64,000 bases of DNA from an uncultured virus (IMG/VR IMGVR_UViG_3300009104_000011) (taxonomy: Duplodnaviria > Heunggongvirae > Uroviricota > Caudoviricetes). The DNA is taken from the IMG/VR virus record IMGVR_UViG_3300009104_000011. One strand, written 5' to 3'. Below, piece by piece: positions 39,539 to 48,589 of the stretch (position 1 is its first letter; each line of letters begins with the position of its first letter). The notes beneath the pieces were generated by a model. The model was not told where the DNA came from, did not search any database, and saw only the letters and a list, made by a program, of their open reading frames with translations. The translations under genes were made by a program, and so were the position numbers.

Positions 39539-40054
39539 ATGAGTAACGAAAGTGAAAACACAGGACTGCTTTCTACAGAGGAAGCAGTAGAGAAATACGA
39601 TGGTGAGGAAACGACATCGACCGAGAACGAAATGAGGCAAGACCTCGGAGAGTTTCGTACTGACCACCTAAAGGCGGTTATAAACGGAAGAATCGTTGAG
39701 GTTGATGGAATCCTGACCGACAAGGCATACCAAGAGTTCTTGGTGCTTTGGAACGAAAACCATGACAACAACTATGGGGAAACGTGGAACACAAAATATG
39801 CTTGTGCGGACCACATGAGAACACACGCTGCTAGATACGGCTTTAGTGATGTTGACGACGACGAAGGACACTTCGGATGGGGTCACACCACTGAAAAATC
39901 GAGTAAGCCGTTGGCAGATTTGCCTGTGCTTTTCCCTAGACTGGTTGTCCTAGTTTCTGCGTCTGACTTGTTGCACCGATGTGCAACTGATAAGCAACGC
40001 ATGGAACAATTCTACGAAAGCCGTGGGCAAACAGCCCCATGGAACGCCTCCTAG
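39539..40054 (+). CDS. Hypothetical protein
   Basis: ORF between repeats. Confidence 0.7.
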   Translation: MSNESENTGLLSTEEAVEKYDGEETTSTENEMRQDLGEFRTDHLKAVINGRIVEVDGILTDKAYQEFLVLWNENHDNNYGETWNTKYACADHMRTHAARYGFSDVDDDEGHFGWGHTTEKSSKPLADLPVLFPRLVVLVSASDLLHRCATDKQRMEQFYESRGQTAPWNAS

Positions 40055-40067
40055 TGAGGCATATTAG

Positions 40068-40199
40068 ATGAATGGAGAACAAATCGACAAATGGTCAGAA
40101 AAGCACGTTGGAAGCCTAGCATTAACGAGAACCCTAGTAGGGTTTCTTAATGTGGCCTTGAGTACCTTAGTGGTATTCAAATTATTCGACGTGATATAA
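40068..40199 (+). CDS. Micro membrane protein (43 aa)
   Basis: ATG at junction; C-terminal hydrophobic helix. Confidence 0.6.
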   Translation: MNGEQIDKWSEKHVGSLALTRTLVGFLNVALSTLVVFKLFDVI

Positions 40200-40210
40200 C
40201 GACCTATTAG

Positions 40211-40522
40211 ATGGTAAAAATATGTGTGCTTTGCGGCACAGAAATTGAAGGTCATGGCAACAACCCTGCTCCCTTAAATCAGGGACATGGTAGATGTTGT
40301 GATGGCTGTAATACCGATTTAGTGATTCCCATGCGAATATATGGGAGTCGCTTTGATGTGCAGTTAATGCAAACGCAGCAACTAGAAGTGCTTTGGACAG
40401 ATATGATGCGCAAGCGTCGGAAAGCCCAAAGTAAGACGAAGTATGTTCCGGGTATGTCCTTGGAGGACGTCCTGGAATTGCAAAGGCGGATAGAAGAGAA
40501 CAACTATTCACCGCAGAACTGA
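40211..40522 (+). CDS. Zn-finger phage protein
   Basis: CVLCG..IEGHGNNPAP...RCCDGCN. Confidence 0.7.
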   Translation: MVKICVLCGTEIEGHGNNPAPLNQGHGRCCDGCNTDLVIPMRIYGSRFDVQLMQTQQLEVLWTDMMRKRRKAQSKTKYVPGMSLEDVLELQRRIEENNYSPQN

Positions 40523-40550
40523 CGGTATATTAGAAACGGTGGCATCGAAG

Positions 40551-40586
40551 ATGAGGAGGGTTAGAAAGCCCTCCTCATTTTTTTTT
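40551..40586 (+). terminator. Terminator closing the + strand array
   Basis: atgaggaggg/ccctcctcat hairpin plus T-run at the convergence with priS. Confidence 0.75.
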
Positions 40587-41670
40587 ACCACTTTTTCTTA
40601 CACTCTGTCGTCAAGGCCACTAGTGCTTCATAGCGCTTCATTTTGTGTTGTCCTGCTGGAATTATCTTCTTTATTGGGAAGTCAATCTCAACGTCCTCGG
40701 CTAGTTCAACAGTTACTTCGTCTTCACCAGCGACTTCCATTATCTCATCTAGTATCAGTTCTGTACTATCAAGGTGATATCTTGTTAATCGGACACAAGG
40801 CAAACCACTCTTTGGATGCAAAGAACCCGGTATTCTAAACAATCTATTAGAGTCTACCGTAGGTTTTCTATCAAAGACGTCCTTGATTGTTATCCTGTGT
40901 TCCTTCATCATACCAGAAATGAGTACCTTCTTATCGAAATCCTTTAGGCTTCCTGTTTTCAACCTGGCAATTACGTCTGGGTCTGAGAATAGGGAGCCTA
41001 ATTTTTTTACATATTTTTTGGCAAAGTACTTCTCGATGTTCTCTTTAGACGGATTCGCAACCAGTTTACTGATGAAATGCATCATTTGGGAACTCCAACC
41101 ATACTTAGTTAGGTTCTCTGTAGGTAATAGACTACTCCTATCTAACTTATTGCCCATTATGTAATCGACAACCTGTCTTCTACTCGACACATCTAGGTCT
41201 CTAAACGCTTTTGATTCAAATGTCAAATGAAATCCCTTCTTGCCAGAGAAATCTATCTGCATCGATTCTAGAGGAAACCCGAGATCTACGAGAAATCTAT
41301 CGACTACAGCCTTGGTTTTCTCTCTCATAGCACCAATGAATTCTATTCTGTTCTCGTAATCGGCGTCATCTTCATCTAGATCGATAACAAAATCGAAACC
41401 AATTAAGTCTCGCTTCTTCTTGTCTATCTCGTTTGGGTCTAAATAGGTGGCTGTTCCGGCGAATAGCCCTGCTGGCGGTCTATTTTGTGTCAGTCTTTCA
41501 CGCAATTCTCCCTCGTTCTTGAACACTAGATTCCTTTTCCAGCCTTTTAGTTCGGGACTGAACACATTCAACCCCCACTCGCGTCGAGGTACGTTATCTA
41601 AATGTAAATCTGTATTCTGATAATGTTCTCGATACAGTGCAAATACACCCTCTTTTCCACGGTAAATCAC
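40585..41670 (-). CDS. priS: DNA primase small subunit
   Basis: RREWG, FDFVIDLD, FSGKKGFH, RLFRIPGSLHPKSG. Confidence 0.9.
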   Translation of the reverse strand: MIYRGKEGVFALYREHYQNTDLHLDNVPRREWGLNVFSPELKGWKRNLVFKNEGELRERLTQNRPPAGLFAGTATYLDPNEIDKKKRDLIGFDFVIDLDEDDADYENRIEFIGAMREKTKAVVDRFLVDLGFPLESMQIDFSGKKGFHLTFESKAFRDLDVSSRRQVVDYIMGNKLDRSSLLPTENLTKYGWSSQMMHFISKLVANPSKENIEKYFAKKYVKKLGSLFSDPDVIARLKTGSLKDFDKKVLISGMMKEHRITIKDVFDRKPTVDSNRLFRIPGSLHPKSGLPCVRLTRYHLDSTELILDEIMEVAGEDEVTVELAEDVEIDFPIKKIIPAGQHKMKRYEALVALTTECKKKW

Positions 41671-42071
41671 TAGAAACCACCTTCACTCTTGCCACCCATA
41701 GTCTTTAATGGTGTAATAATCGAACTGGCCATGTCAGAAGTTAATGTTTCGTCCCACGTTGAGATATCGGGAACGTCTTGCATTGGCACTTCTAACGTAT
41801 GTGCTAGAAAGTCTAACGCCATTCTCTCGTCTTCTCCAAATACTGTATTCATTAAGTCTCTAGCATATTTAATTTGAAAAGGCGTTGCTTGACCAGGGTC
41901 TACGTCAAAGTGGGTAGACTTTGGTCCAGAAGATGTTGTGATAATTGGTGTAATCGGCACTTTACTCTTCTCAACACTCATCTCAAAATCTTCAAACTTA
42001 ATCTTTACCTTCGTTATTCCACTCATGCCGTCAATCTCTTTCAAGATTTTAACTATCTCCGCTCTCTTCAT
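41670..42071 (-). CDS. Hypothetical protein (start revised to MKRAEI)
   Basis: ATG abuts MCM stop; ATPFQIKY motif. Confidence 0.7.
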   Translation of the reverse strand: MKRAEIVKILKEIDGMSGITKVKIKFEDFEMSVEKSKVPITPIITTSSGPKSTHFDVDPGQATPFQIKYARDLMNTVFGEDERMALDFLAHTLEVPMQDVPDISTWDETLTSDMASSIITPLKTMGGKSEGGF

Positions 42072-42072
42072 A

Positions 42073-44496
42073 TTACCACACCTGCCATGCTGGGTTCTTA
42101 GTTCCATCGTATGTGTAAGTTCCGTTGCGAGAACGGTGTATGTTTGTCGTCCTCTTGTCTCTAGCAAATTGCTTCATAACAATCTCTATTACATCCATAC
42201 TCGGAATATCTGACCAAGCCTTCTTCATCTCTGTGTAAATCTCCTCAAATGACCTATCGTCGAGCATGAAGTCGTCATTTATTAGGTTGCAAAACCTTTC
42301 TGCCACCATAAATCTCAATTCTCTATCACCTTTACTTAGGCCTCCCTCTATAACCCCAGGATCTTGTTCCTGTAGAGTGGAGGCCATTATTTTTTCAGCA
42401 AATTTTACGTGCTTTAGAGTGGCCGTCTTCACCCCATCAAACTTTGCAGCAGCAAGAGTTAGTCTAGAAACCGCTGCGATTTGCCTATGCGACCTCAATT
42501 CTTCATCAGTATCTGCTTGGGTTCGCTTCTTAACGTGCTGCTTAATGATATACTCTGCTGCTTTCTTGGATAGTTTTGCTTCGCGGTTCTTACAAACCTC
42601 CAATAGTTTCTTCACAAACTCCAAATCGATGGCAATATCTGCTATTTCTGCTACGTCATCTTCTTGTGCGGTTAATCCCTTCAAGACAGCATGACCTATT
42701 GCTGTGTCAATTTCTTTATTTGCTGAGTCTAGTATCACAAAGATGCAATCAAATCTAGACCAGAGAGCCAAGTCCATATCTATCTGTTCAAATAATGGCC
42801 TCATCCTGTCGAACTTCTTACGCTTAGACCCCTTACCATCCGGATTTGCACCTGCTACAATCGCACAGTGAACGGGGATTGTCGCTTTAACTACCTTGTT
42901 TACATTGACCTCTCCGGATTCTAAAGCCCTATTCAATTCACCATAGTCTCCTTTGTAAAGATTGAACTCGTCAATAGCACAAATTGCACCTTTTGGAGTG
43001 AGTGGTATCGCTCCGGGTTCTACAACCCAACGCTTCTTGTTGGAATATAGGTCTTCTTTTTGTATGCACGCGGCAGTTAAACCGGGTCCGGTCGAAATAC
43101 TAGCATCGGTTATTCTACTACCGGGTGATAGTTTTATGACAGCCTCCATAATCTTGGTCTTAGCAGTTCCAGGATCGCCTATTAGCATGACGTGAAAGTT
43201 GGGTCTAATCCCAAATTGTTTATTTTCGACAGCACCAACTGTGGCAAGAACGAGGGCTTTCTTTATCTCGTCATGACCATGGATATGCCCAGCATAAGAC
43301 TTTGTCACCAAATCCATCTTCTCTTCCAAGTCTACAGACTCCTCAAAGAGAGCAATTTGTTCCAAATCATTCTGCGTCAATGTCATTGTAGTCAAAGAGT
43401 GTGACTTTTCTTCTACGTGCGAGGCTAGAATGTAATGGTCACAAATTAAACCATTTTTGGTCGTTGGCTCCAAACGCATAGTGCCTACAACCGATATTGA
43501 CGAGCCTGCCTCTATTGACTCACAAAGTTCGCCTCTTAACTCAACCATTATCGAACGAGATTCTGCCGAAACCTCCTCTTCTTGGACAGAAATCCTTTGG
43601 ATTGCTTCATTTTTCGTCTCCTCGCTCTCTAAACGAACATACTTCTTACCTTCGCATATTTTACACGCTCCGGGTTTAGTTAATTCTCCTCGCTCTACAT
43701 CTTGCTCTACTAAATTGATGTGTCCGCACTCAACACCAAAAGCATTCGGGTGTACACATCTGAATGCAATATGGGTCATTACTGTCTTCACATCACCCTT
43801 CTCGATGACTTGACCATCGATCTTAACGACTCGACCTACGTCTCCTGCCTTCGATAGTGCCTCAAAATCTCTATTACAATACTCTGGTGGATTCATAAAC
43901 CGCCATTCGGGTTTGATTTTGTGGTACTTGGACCGTTGTTCCAATCTCGGGTCTGCTATATTCAAAAATTCCATCTCAAATCTTTGTAGCCAGAAAGTTA
44001 TACTCTTTGGTGAGGTGATTAGGTGTGTGTCTAATTTATTGTAATAGTCACGGAATTCCTTGTATGTCTTGAATTCAATACCTGCTGACATCAGTATTGG
44101 TGGTGTTTCGATACTCATGCCGTTAGGTTTCTTCTGTGGTAGGATTACCCCACTACCTATTGCTTCTATATCTATGAAACAAACTGGTACATTTGGCTTA
44201 TCACTGAGTTCAATCTGGTTTCGCATCGAAGACATGGCGTTTATTCTTTGTTGTGTTACTGGAAAACCTAGATTTTCTAGTCTACCCGCAGCCGCCTTAG
44301 CATTGTCGTCTATAATGTTGGCTCTGATTTTGGAATCAGTAGATTTATCTGAACTATACACATAACCAGATTGCCACATCAAGTATGCAACAACTGACCG
44401 CCTTCTTTCCTTATCTTCTTCATCAATCGCATGAAGTATTTGGTCTATCTCCAGTATGTCGTCTGCTTCCTCTATATCGTATTCCATCTCAATCAC
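42073..44496 (-). CDS. mcm: MCM replicative helicase
   Basis: Zn finger, OB fold, Walker A GDPGTAKT, GLTAA, Walker B IDEF, SRFD arginine finger. Confidence 0.95.
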   Translation of the reverse strand: MIEMEYDIEEADDILEIDQILHAIDEEDKERRRSVVAYLMWQSGYVYSSDKSTDSKIRANIIDDNAKAAAGRLENLGFPVTQQRINAMSSMRNQIELSDKPNVPVCFIDIEAIGSGVILPQKKPNGMSIETPPILMSAGIEFKTYKEFRDYYNKLDTHLITSPKSITFWLQRFEMEFLNIADPRLEQRSKYHKIKPEWRFMNPPEYCNRDFEALSKAGDVGRVVKIDGQVIEKGDVKTVMTHIAFRCVHPNAFGVECGHINLVEQDVERGELTKPGACKICEGKKYVRLESEETKNEAIQRISVQEEEVSAESRSIMVELRGELCESIEAGSSISVVGTMRLEPTTKNGLICDHYILASHVEEKSHSLTTMTLTQNDLEQIALFEESVDLEEKMDLVTKSYAGHIHGHDEIKKALVLATVGAVENKQFGIRPNFHVMLIGDPGTAKTKIMEAVIKLSPGSRITDASISTGPGLTAACIQKEDLYSNKKRWVVEPGAIPLTPKGAICAIDEFNLYKGDYGELNRALESGEVNVNKVVKATIPVHCAIVAGANPDGKGSKRKKFDRMRPLFEQIDMDLALWSRFDCIFVILDSANKEIDTAIGHAVLKGLTAQEDDVAEIADIAIDLEFVKKLLEVCKNREAKLSKKAAEYIIKQHVKKRTQADTDEELRSHRQIAAVSRLTLAAAKFDGVKTATLKHVKFAEKIMASTLQEQDPGVIEGGLSKGDRELRFMVAERFCNLINDDFMLDDRSFEEIYTEMKKAWSDIPSMDVIEIVMKQFARDKRTTNIHRSRNGTYTYDGTKNPAWQVW

Positions 44497-45049
44497 CTCT
44501 CACAAAATTCAACTGACTTCCAACCAATTCGTATCCCCTCTCAGCCATTGCCTTCCTAAGAAGGGGTCGTATTTTAGCCAAAGAGCCTTTCTTCCTGAGG
44601 GCGGGGTAATCCAATTGATTAATCACAGGTAATAAATCATTTCGCTTCTTTCTGAAATCAACTCTAGAGAGTATGTCTTGAACCAAAACGTCATCTATTT
44701 CGCTAAAATCTGACGGAGCGCCTAATCGAATATCGTAGAAAGCCACTCTCTTACGTCCTGCTTTGCCTAATTCTGGTAGTTTCTTCTTACCTACTTCTAT
44801 AGTAAGTTTAGATATTATGCACCTAGAGAATGTAGTAGTATCTAATAGTCTAGTTGTATAGCCTCTATCATATGCTTCTTTGTTTGTTATGTGACCATAT
44901 TTTGCGATATGGGCCTCCACACTTTTGGCTACTTCACTGTAGCCTCGATTGTAAGCACGCTTGCCATTCAAGTATCTCTTTAGTTCCTCTTTATCTTCCT
45001 CAGACATAGAGTCAACTAACTTCTTTCCTCGTTTTAGCAGGTCTGTCAT
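44489..45049 (-). CDS. Hypothetical basic protein (start revised to MTDLLK)
   Basis: GAGGT SD before this ATG; first gene of the replication operon. Confidence 0.7.
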   Translation of the reverse strand: MTDLLKRGKKLVDSMSEEDKEELKRYLNGKRAYNRGYSEVAKSVEAHIAKYGHITNKEAYDRGYTTRLLDTTTFSRCIISKLTIEVGKKKLPELGKAGRKRVAFYDIRLGAPSDFSEIDDVLVQDILSRVDFRKKRNDLLPVINQLDYPALRKKGSLAKIRPLLRKAMAERGYELVGSQLNFVRGD

Positions 45050-45103
45050 TGTTATTACCTCGGCGGGGAAGTAGTCCAGGCTGGACGGTATATAGTAGTT
45101 ACT

Positions 45104-45145
45104 AGAAAGTCTCAACTTTCCATTCAGACGTATATACTTAAATAT
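45104..45145. promoter_or_regulatory. Divergent promoter region: GAAAGT-N4-ACTTTC palindrome and TATA-like elements
   Basis: agaaagt-ctca-actttcc then tatatacttaaatat about 24 nt before the tfb ATG. Confidence 0.5.
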
Positions 45146-45168
45146 CATGGGATGAAGTGCAACGGTCG

Positions 45169-46104
45169 ATGGGAGTAGACACTAGTGTAGTGAAATGTCC
45201 TGAATGTTCTTCTAGAAATTTGGAATATGATGAAAAGAGAGGGGAGCGACATTGTGACGATTGTGGTGTCGTAGTAGAACAAGGTATTGTAGACTTAAGT
45301 CCCGAGTGGAGGGAGTTTAGCAATGAAATGAGTAATGTCGGAGGCATCAATCCTCGGTCTCGGGGCGGAGCACCGATGACTAATTTACTACACGATAAGG
45401 GCCTTTCTAGTACAATAGATTGGCAAAACAAAGATTACTCGGGTACAGCAATTGCTACGAAAAATAGGGCGCAACTATATCGTATGCGTAAGTGGCAAGC
45501 GCGTTCTAGAATCAAGGGTTCCAAGGAACGTAACCTACAACAGGCTTTATCATTGATACAAACCCTATGTTCTAAGTTACAGTTACCAAAAAGTGTACAA
45601 GAACGATCCGCGGATATCTACAGGAAAGCACTGAACGAAGATTTAGTTAGAGGTCGGAGTATAGATTCTATGGTCTGTGCTTCGATATTCATCGCCAATC
45701 AATTAATGGAGACTGCGAGAACTGTCGATGATATTGCTAAGGAAGCAAGAATCGGTCCAAAAGAGATTGGTCGGACCTATCGAGACGTTAAGCGCAAACT
45801 AAGGATACGAACCCCTCTTCCGAATCCGAAGATTTATGTTGATAGGTTTTGCAACGAATTAGGATTGAATCCAGATGTGAAACAGAGAGCAATTGATATC
45901 ATCAACAGGGCCGAGATTATGGAGATGACACATGGTAAGTCACCATGTGGTGTAGCAGCAGCGTCTATTTACATCGCTGGTCAAACTGGTGGACAAGTGA
46001 GAACGCAAAGGGAAATAGCAGAAATAACCAACGTTACAGAAGTTACAATCAGGAATCGTTACAAACAATTAGCGAAATCCCTAAACATAAAGTTAGATGT
46101 CTAA
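45169..46104 (+). CDS. tfb: Transcription initiation factor IIB (TFB)
   Basis: Zn ribbon CPEC/CDDCG, PEWREF B-reader, HDKGL, GRSIDS, GKSP, RTQREIA...VTIRNRYK. Confidence 0.95.
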   Translation: MGVDTSVVKCPECSSRNLEYDEKRGERHCDDCGVVVEQGIVDLSPEWREFSNEMSNVGGINPRSRGGAPMTNLLHDKGLSSTIDWQNKDYSGTAIATKNRAQLYRMRKWQARSRIKGSKERNLQQALSLIQTLCSKLQLPKSVQERSADIYRKALNEDLVRGRSIDSMVCASIFIANQLMETARTVDDIAKEARIGPKEIGRTYRDVKRKLRIRTPLPNPKIYVDRFCNELGLNPDVKQRAIDIINRAEIMEMTHGKSPCGVAAASIYIAGQTGGQVRTQREIAEITNVTEVTIRNRYKQLAKSLNIKLDV

Positions 46105-46108
46105 GAGT

Positions 46109-46421
46109 AAATGGAAAGTTGATACTTTTCGACTACTGAAAATAGCGCCAAAACGATGTACTGCGTCGTTACAAAAATGGAAACATCCCACATTCCATTA
46201 TAACTTTCCATTTTCAAATGATTCTGGAAAGTCGATACTTTCCTATTCATAAGAGCGCAGTGTGTCCTTTTTGGTATAGATTTTGGGTATTTTGACATTT
46301 ATGGATTCTAAAACTTTCCATTTTCAATAACCATGATTTGTAGTATGTGATTAAATACTAGAAGGAAGAATAACCGAAAAAACTAATATAGAAGAAGAGA
46401 AGAAGAAGAAAACTTTCCATT
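46109..46421. repeat. Cluster of direct and inverted ATGGAAAGT(T) repeats in an AT-rich gap; putative origin or operator array
   Basis: tggaaagttgatactttt, tggaaagtcgatactttcc, aactttccattttcaa twice, aaactttccatt. Confidence 0.6.
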
Positions 46422-46460
46422 AACTACTCTTATTACCAATAACTCCCTCGGAGAGATTAC

Positions 46461-46742
46461 ATGACTCATGTTGTAACAAGTGCTTGTGTCAAGTGCAAAT
46501 ACCAAGACTGCGTAGCAGTTTGTCCTGTCGATTGTTTTAGAGAAGCGGGAGAATACTTAGTAATAGACCCCGATGATTGTATAGATTGTAATGCCTGTGT
46601 ACCAGAATGCCCAGTGGAAGCGATATATCCAGAGGAAGAAGTCCCCGAAAGCGAAATAGAATGGATTGAGAAGAACGAGAGAGAAGCGCCAGATTTGCCA
46701 CTAGCAGAAGGTGACTCCCCAGTTCTTGCTGACATCAGTTGA
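46461..46742 (+). CDS. Ferredoxin (FdxA/7Fe-8Fe type)
   Basis: [18 protein letters not shown] and [16 protein letters not shown]. Confidence 0.92.
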   Translation: MTHVVTSACVKCKYQDCVAVCPVDCFREAGEYLVIDPDDCIDCNACVPECPVEAIYPEEEVPESEIEWIEKNEREAPDLPLAEGDSPVLADIS

Positions 46743-47469
46743 ACGTTTCGTCGTAGAGTAATTCTGGATCTTCTACATCGGCAAGGTAGTACATACCTCG
46801 CATTTTATCCAATTTGTGCAACCTAATAGGTGAATCATCGAGTGCTACACTAGCCTTCAACAACTCCTTCACGTTCTTGGGCATAGTGTAATCTTGCGGT
46901 ATTATTGCTTTTTTCTTGAAACTAAAGTTCATTAGTACAGGGGTCCCCTGTAAATACGACTCTATTCTGGAGACAATATCTACAACAACATCCTCGTCAG
47001 TCATATCTTCAAAAGACACCACCTCAGTAGGTTTTTCTGGAACCGGAGCGGTAAAGCCACCCCCGACGATAGTAATTTCCTCCGCTATAATTGGAACATC
47101 TTCCTCTTCCTCAACTGGTCTCTCTTGGGGTTCTATATTCAAATCATCAAGCGACATGAAGGTAGAAACATTCCTCTCATCATAATCCGATGATAACACC
47201 TTTCTACTATCCAAAAGGAAGTTATTGTTCATAGTATGTACTTCTGCTTTGAGATCACCTATAGTTGTGTGAATATCTGATATAGCCGAAATCATCTCCA
47301 TTCTGAGATTTGCCATATTACTCTGTAGTTCTAATTTATTGTCGCGTATGAGAACTGGGATTGTCTCCAGTAATTGCATCACTCTACTTGGTTGTGGCGT
47401 GGTGTTTCCCACCGTAGACCACGAGAAAGGGGCTTCTTCCATGTTACTATGAGACAATTCGATAGGCAT
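46735..47469 (-). CDS. Hypothetical protein
   Basis: 244 aa ORF, coiled coil plus acidic linker. Confidence 0.7.
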   Translation of the reverse strand: MPIELSHSNMEEAPFSWSTVGNTTPQPSRVMQLLETIPVLIRDNKLELQSNMANLRMEMISAISDIHTTIGDLKAEVHTMNNNFLLDSRKVLSSDYDERNVSTFMSLDDLNIEPQERPVEEEEDVPIIAEEITIVGGGFTAPVPEKPTEVVSFEDMTDEDVVVDIVSRIESYLQGTPVLMNFSFKKKAIIPQDYTMPKNVKELLKASVALDDSPIRLHKLDKMRGMYYLADVEDPELLYDETFN

Positions 47470-47502
47470 AAAGGTTAATGTTGTCGTCTCACTCGCAACA
47501 TC

Positions 47503-47730
47503 GTGATACCGCTGCTATTGGGACTTGAGGAATCGATAGCCACTAAGAAGGCTCGACAATTACTTTCCGATGGAGGAATTAGATACAAATACAAAGATAT
47601 CCTAAGCACAGACTCCAGTATAGGTGGGATGATGGTAGCAATTACAGGTTCGACTGTTGTGCCTCAATTGTTCGTCGGGGGTGATAGTTATGTCGGTGAA
47701 GAACAAGTCCGCAGATATCTTAGGAATTAA
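47503..47730 (+). CDS. Glutaredoxin-fold protein lacking CxxC
   Basis: TGSTVVPQLFVGG cis-Pro motif; no cysteine. Confidence 0.6.
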   Translation: MIPLLLGLEESIATKKARQLLSDGGIRYKYKDILSTDSSIGGMMVAITGSTVVPQLFVGGDSYVGEEQVRRYLRN

Positions 47731-48589
47731 TTTTGAGTGTCAAGATGACCCACCTCGGAGTGATTGCCCGAATATAGTGGGAGGGCAAGAAGGTTATACT
47801 AAAATAGAATCCACTGGGGAATACCAATGCATCGCGTGCTTACGTAAGTTAGGTAATGAGAGTAGTTCCGACGATGAAGTAGCCGATGACGATGTAATAG
47901 ATGAGGAGAATATGGAGGTAGTAGAATATGCTTATACCGCGGAAGGTGACAAGATACAAGACCAGACTGCGGAAGAAGGACTTGTCATAAAACGAAAAGA
48001 TAAGATTACTGAGATGCTACCTAAAATAGCGACATCTGATTTAGAATATGCGACGTTTATGAGCACTAGAGAAGCCGAGATAATAGATTTGCTTAGGAAA
48101 ATGGAAACGGCAGGAGAGCCTAATTTCGATATTAGATCACTCGCACCGAAGATATTGGCAGTCACTTCGCACTTGATTAAACGGTATCCTACTACAAAGG
48201 CAATGAAAGCGGTAGGGGTCACACCGGTTAGTATTGAAGCAGGGAAGGCGGTACTGGATTCACTACGGTCTCCCGATATTGGCGATCCTGTTTCGATCGC
48301 TATTAATAATATTGGTAATTCTTTACAAATCCCCGAAGCAATGATTATGTCTGCCATAGAGGAATATGAGAAGGATAAGCCACCGAATACAGAGCCAAAG
48401 ACACAAGCAAGAGCGGCAGCATGGCTGTATCTTTATGCTAAGAAATCAAAATTAAAAATAAAGAAGACAGAAATATATGATATGCCCGGAGTGTCCCGTT
48501 CTGCATTCAATAAAGCACTAAAATCATACCAAGATTACTTCCGCAATATTAAAGTCACATTGAAAGAGTCGGATAATGAGGAGAAGTAA
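47690..48589 (+). CDS. Divergent TFB-like protein (Zn ribbon plus two cyclin-like repeats)
   Basis: N-terminal C..C...CIAC; RAAAWLYLYAK...KTEIY..PGVSRSAFNKALK resembles the TFB repeat end. Confidence 0.5.
   Translation: MSVKNKSADILGINFECQDDPPRSDCPNIVGGQEGYTKIESTGEYQCIACLRKLGNESSSDDEVADDDVIDEENMEVVEYAYTAEGDKIQDQTAEEGLVIKRKDKITEMLPKIATSDLEYATFMSTREAEIIDLLRKMETAGEPNFDIRSLAPKILAVTSHLIKRYPTTKAMKAVGVTPVSIEAGKAVLDSLRSPDIGDPVSIAINNIGNSLQIPEAMIMSAIEEYEKDKPPNTEPKTQARAAAWLYLYAKKSKLKIKKTEIYDMPGVSRSAFNKALKSYQDYFRNIKVTLKESDNEEK

Larger units (their letters stand above)
38425..40067 (+). repeat. Six near-identical junction repeats (a/g)aa(c)GCCT...GAGGC(t/a)ATTAG between small genes
   Basis: Copies at ~38425, 38719, 38872, 39002, 39514, 40042. 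Confidence 0.85.

Noticed and set aside
38425..40067. CRISPR array
   Set aside because: Intervals are about 130-530 nt and are ORFs; no cas genes seen
626..40210. Spliceosomal or trans-splice acceptors (YAG|ATG)
   Set aside because: Archaeal gene content, no donor or polypyrimidine signals, and terminal stems place the boundary before the G
600..40533. Classical integron attC sites (TTAGAT resembles GTTRRRY)
   Set aside because: No conserved GTT/AAC pairing, hairpins too short, tail unpaired, no tyrosine integrase in the window; kept only as an analogy
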